The notes under the pieces: model-generated
What the model saw: only the letters and a program-made list of their open reading frames with translations
The model's database searches: none
Told to the model about the DNA's origin: nothing
NCBI GenBank assembly: GCA_963806865.1
Contig: CAWDYV010000002.1
Coordinates: 89,194 to 153,193 of the forward strand
Direction of reading: 5' to 3'
DNA: 64,000 bases
Source of the DNA: an uncultured bacterium
GTDB taxonomy: Bacteria > Actinomycetota > Thermoleophilia > Solirubrobacterales > 70-9
Shown here: piece after piece, positions 55,953-64,000 of the stretch
How the letters are laid out: each line of letters starts with the position of its first letter
Position numbering within the stretch: position 1 is the stretch's first letter
Translations under genes and position numbers: made by a program

Positions 55953-57187
55953 TCATGTTAGAGTGTCTCGGCCGATGGAGGCAAGCACGGTCATGGAGCG
56001 CGGTCGAGGAGACGCCCTTCGAGCTCACCGATCGCGCCCGCGACATCCAGGCGCGCTCGCGGCGGTTCGTCGAGGACGTGCTCTTCCCCCTCGAGGAGGA
56101 GGCCGAGCGCCTGCCACGGCCGCCTGCCCCAGGACGCGATCGACCACGTGAAGTCCGAGGCGGTCGACGCCGGCCTCGTCGGCGGGCTCCACAAGCCCGA
56201 GCACGGCGGCCAGGGCTGGTCGACACTTCGAGTGGGCGCTCGTCGAAGAGCAGTTCGGCCGCTCGACGAACGCGATCCACTGGCACATCCCCAACGCCTA
56301 CAACGTCTGGCATCACGCCTCGCGACGCGCAGATCGAGCGCTACCTCCTCCCCGCCCTTCGCGGCGAGATCCGCGACGCCTACGCGGTGACCGAGCGCGA
56401 CGCCGGCTCGGACCCCAGCCGGATCGCCGCCACCGCCGAGCGCGACGGCGGACGGCTTTCGCCTGAACGGCGAGAAGTGGTTCGTCACGACCGGCGACGT
56501 CGCCGCGGTCCTGGTCGTGATGGCGAACGTGATCGACGGCGACCACAAGCTGCCGACGCTCTTCGCCGTCGACGCCGACGCCGCCGGCGTCGAGATGATC
56601 GACGACCCGGCGTTCACCCACTCCTACCCCGACGGCCACCCCACCTTCCTCTTCACCGACGTCGAGCTCGGCCGAGGACGCGGTGATCGGCGGCGTCGGC
56701 GAGGGCAAGGACCTCCAGCGCGCCTGGTTCATGGAGGAGCGCCTGGGCATCGCCGCCCGCTGCGTCGGGGCGATGTGGCGTCTCCTCGACGAGACGGTCG
56801 CGTGGGCAGCCGGCCGCGAGCAGGGCGGCAGCCGCATCCTCGACTACCAGGGCGTCTCGTTCCCGCTCGCCGACTCGGCGGCCGACGCCGCCGCGGCGCG
56901 CCTTCTGACCTTCCAGGTCGCCGAAGCTCTCCGATCGCGGCGCCGACCTCAAGCTCGTCCACAACAAGGCCTCGATGGCGAAGCTCTTCGCGTCAGAGCG
57001 CGCGTGGGTCTGCGCCGATCGTTGCGTCCAGGCGTTCGGCGGGCGCGGCTACCTGCGCTCGAACGTCGCCGAGCGCTTCCTGCGCGAGCTCCGCGTCGAC
57101 CGGATCTGGGAGGGCACCTCCGAGATCCAGCGCCTGATCGTCACCCGCGGCCTCGAGCGCCGCGGCGTCGAGCGGATGCTCCACTGA
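55953..57187 (+). CDS. Acyl-CoA dehydrogenase family protein, frame-disrupted
   Basis: FELTDRARDIQARSRRFVEDVLFPLEEE; GLVGGLHKPEHGGQGWS; AYAVTERDAGSDPSRIAATAERDG; FRLNGEKWFVT; LGIAARCVGAMWRLLDETVAWA..REQGGSRILDYQGVSFPLAD; AKLFASERAWVCADRCVQAFGGRGY...ERFLRELRVDRIWEGTSEIQRLIV. The start is uncertain (55953-55992). Confidence 0.8.
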
Positions 57188-57202
57188 TGCGTAGGTATCT
57201 CG

Positions 57203-59287
57203 ATGGAGCTCGACCGACTGCTCGAGCCCCGTTCCATCGCGGTCGTCGGGGCGACTGACCGGCCCAGCGCCTACGGCGACATCATCCTCCGCAACCTCGA
57301 GCGCCTCGGCTTCGACGGTCCCGTCTGGGGCGTCAACCCGCGGCGCGAGCGGATCCGGGACGTCCAGTGCTTCCCGCTCGCTCGCCGAGCTGCCCGAGCC
57401 CGCCGACGCGGTCGCGATCGCGGTGCCCGCCGCAGCACGTGTCCGTCGACGGTCGCGTCGGCGGCCGACGCCGGCTGCGGTGGCGCGGTCGTGATCTCGG
57501 CCGGCTTCGGCGAGATCGAGGCGGGCCGCGAGCTCGAGCGCGAGCTTCGCGAGACCGCACTCGCGCGCGCGTTTCCCGTCTGCGGGCCGAACGGGAACGG
57601 GATCGTCTCCTTCGCGCGAAACACCGCGATCTGGGGCGACGCGGTCCAGCCACATGCCCGCCGGGCCCGTGGCGATGATCTCCCAGAGCGGAAACGTCGC
57701 CGTGAACGCGCTCGAGCTCGCGTCGCGGGATCAACTTCCACACGGTGATCTCGACCGGCAACGGCGCCGTTTGCGACCCGGCCGACTGGCTGCTTGCGCT
57801 CTTTGCGAGCGCGACGGCGTCGGCTCGGTCGCGATGTTCCTCGAGTCCGACGGCGACGGCGCGAAGCTCGCCGAGGCGCTCGCGTGCTGCGCCGAGCGCG
57901 GGATCGGCGTCGCGGTGCTCAAGGTGGCTCGTCCGAGGCCGGCGCGGCCGCCGCCGCCGCCCACACCGGCGCGCTCGCCGGCGACGAGCGAGTCTTCCGC
58001 GCGCTGATCGAGGAGGCGGGCGGCATCGTGGGCGCAGCAACCCGCACGAGCTGCTCGAGCTGGCGCGCGTTCTCGCCGAGCCGCGCGCCCGGCCGCGCGG
58101 CGACGGGGGCCTCGCGATCCTCACCTGCTCGGGCGGCGACTCCGGCATCGCCGCCGACGAGGCCGAGCGCCTCGGCGTCGAGCTGCCGCCGCTCGCCGAG
58201 GCGACCACGGCGAAGCTCCGCGAGCTCCTTCCCGACGCGGCGACGGTCGCCAACCCGCTCGACTACACGCCGCTCATCTGGGCGCGAGACGCGCGCTCCT
58301 GGCCGAGATCGTCGAGACGGCGGGGTCCGACCCCGGCATCGACCAGGTGCTGGTCATCCACGACACGCCGCAAGAGCTGCCCGCCGACTCCGAGCCGTCC
58401 TGGATCGCCCATCGCGCCGGGATCGCCGCAGGGCCTCGACCGCGCCGACGCCGCGCCCCTCCTGGCCTCGACGCTGCCCGAGCTGATCGACGAGACGATC
58501 GCGCGCGAGCTCGCGGCGCACGGCATCGCCTCGGTCGCGGGCGTCTCGACCGCGATCCTCTGCGCGCGCGAGCTGCGGCGCGCGCCGGCGAGCCCCGAGC
58601 GGCTGCGCGAGATCGCCGGCGCGGCCGCGTGTGCCGAGCGACAAGCCGAGGCGCGTGGCTCGGCGAGGCCGCAGTCGAAGGCGCTCCTTCGCGACGCCGG
58701 CGTGCCGCGTCCCGAGGGCCGCAGCGGCGCGAAGCGCCGAGGAGTGCGTCCGCGCCGCGACGGCGAGCTCGGGTGGCCAGTCGCGCTCAAGCTCTCCGGC
58801 CCGACGATCCAGCACAAGTCCGACATCGGCGCGATCGCGCTCGGCATCGCCGACGAGGCAGACGCTCGACGCGCGAGGCCGAGCGCATGCTCGCGCTGCC
58901 GGAAGCCGAGGGAGCCGAGCTTCTGGTCGAGGCAATGGCGCCGCCGGGCGGCGTCGAGCTGATCGTCGCCGCCGGGCCGACGCGGTCGTCCCCGCGCTCG
59001 TGATCGGCCTCGGCGGCATCTGGACGGAGGCGCTCGGCGACGTCGCCGTCGATCCCCCTCCCCGCGTCACCCGAGCGCAGTCGAGCGCGCGCTCGGCGAA
59101 CTGCGCGGCGCGCCGCTCCTCCACGGCGGCCGCGGCACAGCCGCGGTCGACATCGCCGCGGTCGCGACGCGGCATCGCGGATCGGCGAGCTGCTGCTCGA
59201 GGAAGAGCTTCAGCCTGATCGAGGTGAACCCGCTGATCGCGAGCCCGGCGGGCAGCGATCGCGGCAGACGCACTGATCCGCCGCTAG
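57203..59287 (+). CDS. NDP-forming acyl-CoA synthetase (CoA-binding plus ATP-grasp domains), frame-disrupted
   Basis: LLEPRSIAVVGATDRPSAYGDIILRNLERLGFDGPVWGVNPR; GGAVVISAGFGE; FPVCGPNGNGIV; GPVAMISQSGNVAV; VAMFLESDGDGAKLAEAL..AERGIGVAVLK; C-terminal ATP-grasp WPVALKLSGPTIQHKSDIGAIALGI...LIEVNPLIASPAG. Many frame changes. Confidence 0.75.
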
Positions 59288-60690
59288 GCGCGCGAGCTCG
59301 CGCCGGCGATGCCCGCGCTCGAGCCGCTCGGCCGCGTGGCGTCGAGGCCGTCGCGCAGGATCTCCGTGATCTCCTCGAAGAGCGCCATGTCGGCGACGAG
59401 CGGCGGGGCGATCTGGACGATCGGCTCGGCGCGGTCGTCGAGGCGGCAGATCATCCCGCGCTCGAAGAGGCGGTCCGATCAGGACGCGCTTGAGGAGCCA
59501 GTCCGCCTCGGCCTCGGACAGCGGCTCCCTGCGTCGCCTGGTCCTTCACGACCTCGATCGCGAAGAAGTGGCCCATGCCGCGGACGTCGCCGACGATCGG
59601 GATGTCCTTGAGGCCCTCGAGCAGCTCGCGCGCCTTCGGCTCGTTGTCGAGGACGTTCTGGAGGATGCCCTCGCGCTCGTAGATCTCGATCGCGCCGAGC
59701 GCGATCGCCGAGCCGACCGGGATGGCCGCCGAAGGTGATGCCGTGGAGGTAGTCGGCCTTGCCGTCGAGGAAGACGTCGGCGACCTTGTCGGAGATCATC
59801 ACGCCGCCCATCGCGGCGTGGGCGCCGGTCAGGCCCTTGGCGAAGGTGATGAGGTCGGGCGAGTAGCCGAGGCGCTGAGCGCCGAACCAGGTGCCGAGCC
59901 GGCCGAAGGCGCAGATGACCTCGTCGGAGACGAGGAGGATGCCGTGGCGGTCGCAGATCTCGCGGAGGCCCTCCCAGTAGCCGGCGGGCGGGACGATCGA
60001 GCCGCCCGCGTTCTGGACCGGCTCGATGATGATCATCGCGATCGTCTCGGGCTGCTCGAACTCGATCGTCTCCTCGATCTCGTCGAGGAGCGCCGCGTGA
60101 ACGTCGGCCTCGTCGCCGCCCGCGGGATGGCGGTAGGCGTTGGTCGACGAGACGTGGGCGGTCGGCACCGGCAAGCGGCTCGAAGGCGCGTGCGGCAGAC
60201 CGGGATGCCGGTGAACGAGAGCGCGCCGAGCGAGACGCCGTGGTACGCGTCGCGGCGGGCGATCGCCTTGCGGCGCTGCGGCTCGCCGTTCGCCTGGTGG
60301 TACTGGACGGCCATCTTGTAGGCCGACTCGACCGCTTCGGCGCCGCCCGAGGTGAAGAACGCGCGCTCGAACCCGGCGGGCGCCAGCTCGGCGAGCTTCG
60401 CCGCCAGCTCGATCGCCGGCGGGTGGGCGACGGTCCAGTTCGAGGTGTAGGCGAGCGTCGACATCTGCGCCGCGGCCTTCGCGCCGAGCTCCTCGCCGTG
60501 CGAGTGGCCGAGGTTGAGGCAGTAGAGGCCCGAGAGGCCGTCGATGTAGCGGTTGCCGTCGTCGTCGTAGACGTGGGAGCCCTCGCCGCGCACGATCACC
60601 GGGATGTCCTCAGGCTGCGACCGTCATGTCCGAGAAATGGAGCATCAGGTGCTGCTTGGCGAGTTCCTGAAGGCGCGTCACGCACGGCAT
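59284..60690 (-). CDS. Class-III (omega-type) PLP-dependent aminotransferase, frame-disrupted
   Basis: LMLHFSDM; VIVRGEGSHVYDDDGNRYIDGLSGLYCLNLGHSHGE; FFTSGGAEAVESAYKMA; DAYHGVSLGALSFTG; IAMIIIEPVQNAGGSIVPPAGYWEGLREICDRHGILLVSDEVICAFGRLG; DLITFAKGLTGAHAAMGGV; VGDVRGMGHFFAIE. Its stop shares CTAG with the convergent gene. Confidence 0.8.
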
Positions 60691-60701
60691 CTTACTGCGT
60701 C

Positions 60702-60721
60702 GTTGACTTTGTAGTCAATTG
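60702..60721. promoter_or_regulatory. Putative operator, site 2: GTTGACTTTGTAGTCAATTG
   Basis: Contains the inverted repeat TTGACT-N4-AGTCAA. Lies 11 nt upstream of the aminotransferase ATG (60690) and upstream of the divergent oxidoreductase gene. Confidence 0.5.
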
Positions 60722-60728
60722 AACGAAT

Positions 60729-62457
60729 GTGCTACGCTTGCTTGTCCAGATGGGCACCTGGGACGCGATCGTGGTCGGAGGCGGGCACAACGGCCTGACC
60801 ACCGGCGCCTATCTCGCCCGCGCGGGCCTCAGGACGCTCATCCTCGAGCGCCGCCACATCCTCGGCGGCGCCTGCGTGACCGAGGAGGTCTGGCCCGGCG
60901 CCCGCGTCTCGCGCGCCTCCTACGTCGTCTCGATGCTCCAGCCGAAGGTCGTCGACGACCTCGACCTGAAGCGCCACGGCTACGAGGCGTATCCGCTCGA
61001 CCCCGCCTACGCCGCGATGACGCCCGACGGGCCGATCGTCTTCCACGACGACGTCGCACAAGACCTGCGAGTCGATCGCCAAGTTCTCGAAGACGGACGC
61101 CGCGCGCTACGAGGAGTTCGAGGAGCTCCTCTTCATGGCCGCCGGCTTCGTCCGCCCGATGATGATCCGCCAGCCCCCCGCCCTCGGCTCGAAGGCGCCC
61201 GTCGACATCGCCGGGATCCTCAAGGAGGCCGGGCGCATCGCCGGCATGTCCCAGCGCGACGTCCAGAAGCTGGTCCGCATCTTCACGATGTCCGTCGGCG
61301 ACATGCTCGACACGTTCTTCGAGAACGACTACCTCAAGGGCTCGATCGCCTCGACCGGCGTCGTCGGCGTCTGGGCCGGCCCCTACACCCCGGGCACCGC
61401 CTACAACCTCCTCCACCACGCGCTCGGCGAGCTCGACGGCAACGTCGGCTCCTGGGGCCAGGTGATCGGCGGCATGGGCGCCATCTCCGAGGCGATCGCC
61501 TCGAGCGCCCGCGCCGCCGGCGCGACGATCCAGACCGACGCCGAGGTCGCCTCGATCGACTCGTCGCGGCGGCCGCGTCACCGGCGTGACGCTCGCCGAC
61601 GGCACCGTCCACACCGCGCCGATCGTCGCCTCGGGCGCCCACCCGAAGACCACGATCCTCGACCTCGCGGGCGCCGACGAACTTCCCCGACGAGGTCGCC
61701 GAGGACATGGAGGCCTACCGCACGCGCGGCGCCTCGGTGAAGGTGAACATGGTCCTCTCGGAGCCGCCCGTCTACGAGGGCCTCTCCGAGGAGGACTCGA
61801 AGCACCTGCTGACCGCCGGCGTCAACTACTGCCCGTCGCTCGACTACCTCGAGCGCGCGTGGCAGGACGCCGTCCGGGGCGAGCCGTCGGCCGAACCCCT
61901 ACACCGAGCTCGAGGTGCCGAGCTCGATCGACCCGTCGCTCACCGACGACGACCGCTGGATCGCGACGATGTTCACGCAGTACGGCCCGACCACCCACGA
62001 GGAGTGGCCCGACGGCGCGCGCGAGCGCTACGCCGACACGTGCGTCGAGAACATGGCGCAGTTCGCGCCCAACCTCCCGGGCGCGATCGAGGAGCGCGAG
62101 GTCCTGGCGCCGCCGGACCTCGAGGACATCTTCGGCCTCCAGGGCGGCTCGATCTTCCAGGGCGAGCAGGACCTGGCGCAGATGGCGTTCATGCGCCCCT
62201 CCCCCATGCTCGCCCAGTACGCGACGCCGCTCGAGGGCCTCTACCTCTGCGGCGCGGGCACGCACCCCGGCGGCGGCGTCATGGCCGCCTCGGGACACAA
62301 CGCGGCGCAGCGGATCCTCAAGGACCGCAAGCGCGCGAACGGCCTTCGCGGCCGCTTCCGCGCGTGCAAGCGCGCCAGCGCTCGCGCCCGCTTATCGGCC
62401 GTAGTCTTCGCGACATGGATCTGGGGCGGCTGCGCCGACTTGGCATTGGCGGCCTGA
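60729..62457 (+). CDS. NAD(P)/FAD-dependent oxidoreductase (phytoene-desaturase/CrtI-like family), frame-disrupted
   Basis: WDAIVVGGGHNGLTTGAYLARAGLRTLILERRHILGGA (dinucleotide fold); PGTAYNLLHHALGELDGNVGSWGQVIGGMGAISEAIA; LEGLYLCGAGTHPGGGVMAASGHNAAQRILKD. The likely true start is ATG 60750. The 3' end is probably before 62457, because the next gene seems to start at 62415. Confidence 0.75.
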
Positions 62458-64000
62458 TCGCGCATCGGCGCTGCGCTGGCGCTCGCTCAGCCCGCCCTGG
62501 CCGATCACCCGGGCGAGGAGAAGCTCGACCTCACCGAGGCGTTCGGCACGCCGGCGAAGCCCGATCGACGTGCCCTCCGCCGCCAAGGCCCAGCGCGCGG
62601 CCGAGCCACCGCTCGTCCCCACGCCGGCAATCCCATGCGGGCCCGGCTCCCGCCCCGAGACCGACATCCAGGGCCGCGTCCCGCAGGAGGACCACGACTC
62701 GGGCCGCGCCGCCGAGGGCTACACCTGCAACACGAAGCAGATCGGCTCGTACGAGATCGCCGAACACGATCGGCTCGATCGGCGGCTTCAAGGTCGAGCG
62801 CTACGTCGACGAGGCCGGGCACGAGTGCGCCTACTACGACACCACGCTCCTCTGCCCCACGAACATCTTCGACGTCGAGGCCGGCGTGAACGTGATGGAC
62901 ATGTCGGACCCGACAGAACCCGGATTCGGACGACGCGGCTCGTCACGCCCGGCGATGCTCTCGCCGCACGAGTCGCTCGTCGTGAGCCAGGAGCGCGGCG
63001 TCCTCGCCGCCGTCCTCGGCAACCCGGCCTTCAACATCGGCGTCGTCGACCTCTACGACATCTCGAAGGACTGCCGCGACACCCGTGCTCAAGTCGACGA
63101 CGCCGGTCGGCGTCTTCGGCCACGAGTCGGGCATGGCGCCCGACGGCAAGACGTTCTACTCGGCCTCTCCCGGCGACGTCGACGATCGTCGCCGTCGACA
63201 TCACGAACCTCACGCTGCCCGTGCCGATCTGGTACGGCGACTACGACTCGCACGGCCTCTCGATCTCGGACTCGGGCAACCGCGCCTACGTCGCCGGCAT
63301 CGGCTCGGGCCTCGATCATCCTCGACACCTCCGAGGTCCAGGATCGCGTCAGCCGAACCCGACAGGTGACCGAGCTCTCTCGCCTCACCTGGGAGTCGAT
63401 GTCGATCCCGCAGAACGCGATCCCGGTCACGATCGACGGCAAGAAGTACGTGGTCGAGATCGACGAGTTCGGCGGGCAGTCCGAGGTCGGCGCGGGTCGC
63501 ATCATCTCGATCGAGGACGAGACGGAGCCAAAGGTCGTCTCGAACCTGCGCCTCGAGGTCCACCAGCCCGAGAACTTCGCCGAGCAGGCGGGCGACCCCG
63601 GCGCCAACATCCCGCTCCAGAGCTACGCGGGCCACTACTGCAACGTCCCGCAGCGCGAGGACCCGGGCATCGTCGCCTGCTCATGCATCCTCTCCGGCCT
63701 CCGGGTCTTCGACATCCGCGATCCGAAGCACCCCAAGGAGATCGCCTACTTCAACGCGCCGGTCAAGGATCGCGACCGGCCCGCTCGAGGCGTCGAACTG
63801 GGCGATGTCGAGCCCCGCCTTCGACGCCGAGAACGGCGAGATCTGGTACTCGGACGGCTTCCAGGGCTTCTACACCGTGAAGGTCACCAACGACGTCTGG
63901 CCTTTCCCGAAGTGCAAAGGCCGCGAGGCGACGATCGTCTCGACCAAGAAGGTCCTCACCGGCACCGCAGAAGCGCGACGTCATCGTCGGCCGCAGGGGC
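62415..64000 (+). CDS. Secreted beta-propeller-like protein (LVIVD-repeat-like?), partial at window end, frame-disrupted
   Basis: Signal MDLGRLRRLGIGGLIA..AALALAQPALA (after a frame shift); GYTCNTKQIGSY; GGFKVERYVDEAGHECAYYDTTLL; HESLVVSQERGVLAAVLGNP; GMAPDGKTFYSASPG; HGLSISDSGNRAYVAGIGSGL; RLTWESMSIPQNAIPVTIDGKKYVVEIDEFGG; YCNVPQREDPGIVACSCILSGLRVFDIRDPKHPKEIAYFN. Family assignment is tentative. Confidence 0.45.
   Translation, partial: MDLGRLRRLGIGGLIAHRRCAGARSARPGRSPGRGEARPHRGVRHAGEARSTCPPPPRPSARPSHRSSPRRQSHAGPAPAPRPTSRAASRRRTTTRAAPPRATPATRSRSARTRSPNTIGSIGGFKVERYVDEAGHECAYYDTTLLCPTNIFDVEAGVNVMDMSDPTEPGFGRRGSSRPAMLSPHESLVVSQERGVLAAVLGNPAFNIGVVDLYDISKDCRDTRAQVDDAGRRLRPRVGHGARRQDVLLGLSRRRRRSSPSTSRTSRCPCRSGTATTTRTASRSRTRATAPTSPASARASIILDTSEVQDRVSRTRQVTELSRLTWESMSIPQNAIPVTIDGKKYVVEIDEFGGQSEVGAGRIISIEDETEPKVVSNLRLEVHQPENFAEQAGDPGANIPLQSYAGHYCNVPQREDPGIVACSCILSGLRVFDIRDPKHPKEIAYFNAPVKDRDRPARGVELGDVEPRLRRRERRDLVLGRLPGLLHREGHQRRLAFPEVQRPRGDDRLDQEGPHRHRRSATSSSAAG

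Noticed and set aside
1-64000. Genuine genome decay (massive pseudogenisation) of the flanking regions
   Set aside because: The broken genes include pheS, pheT, thrS, infC, rplT and the arg genes. The breaks are single-base indels with perfectly conserved protein sequence on both sides. Simultaneous inactivation of essential genes without other decay is not credible, so sequencing or consensus error is far more likely.

Overview
High-GC chromosomal segment, most likely from an actinobacterium. The evidence for that is a class-E-like sortase, an Rpf-type transglycosylase domain, a BldC-like HTH protein, and ATGA/GTGA start-stop overlaps throughout. The exact taxon is unknown.

Layout:
- 0.4-8.5 kb: BldC-like HTH, HD-GYP phosphodiesterase, MFS transporter, secreted coiled-coil/Rpf-like protein, TolB-like propeller, argG, sortase.
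- 8.5-29.5 kb: a Wzx/Wzy-type surface-glycan locus. It holds a deacetylase, 2 flippases, 3 GT4 glycosyltransferases, an O-antigen-ligase-like protein, a BY-kinase with a CpsB phosphatase, a GH123/DUF4091-like enzyme, a CelD/FemAB-like GNAT, 2 tandem ATP-grasp ligases and a galactose-oxidase-like enzyme.
- 29.5-42.7 kb (minus strand): housekeeping string argD-X-argB-argJ-argC, pheT-pheS, TrmH-like methyltransferase, rplT-rpmI-infC, thrS.
- 42.7-50.1 kb: large membrane protein, two tandem 19-codon hydrophobic mini-ORFs, GNAT, tRNA-Val, SDR, phosphoesterase, NfeD, ATP-grasp, GNAT.
- 50.1-62.5 kb: PotABCD-like transporter, TetR, Rieske oxygenase, acyl-CoA dehydrogenase, NDP-forming acyl-CoA synthetase, class-III aminotransferase and a CrtI-like oxidoreductase.
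- From 62.4 kb: a partial secreted propeller protein.

Major caveat: outside 8.47-29.49 kb almost every gene longer than about 400 nt needs several reading-frame changes to be read. This includes essential genes (pheST, thrS, infC, rplT). The 21-kb glycan block is nearly intact. I read the breaks as indel errors rather than real pseudogenes, so coordinates of broken genes are approximate envelopes.

Most interesting signals:
- the twin Ile-run mini-ORFs;
- a family of four long palindromic elements, one sitting in frame inside the TrmH-like gene;
- a 20-bp AT-rich motif shared by two divergent promoter regions of the catabolic cluster;
- the ATP-grasp/FemAB-like module inside the glycan locus.

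No CRISPR array, transposase, integrase or recognisable defence system was seen.
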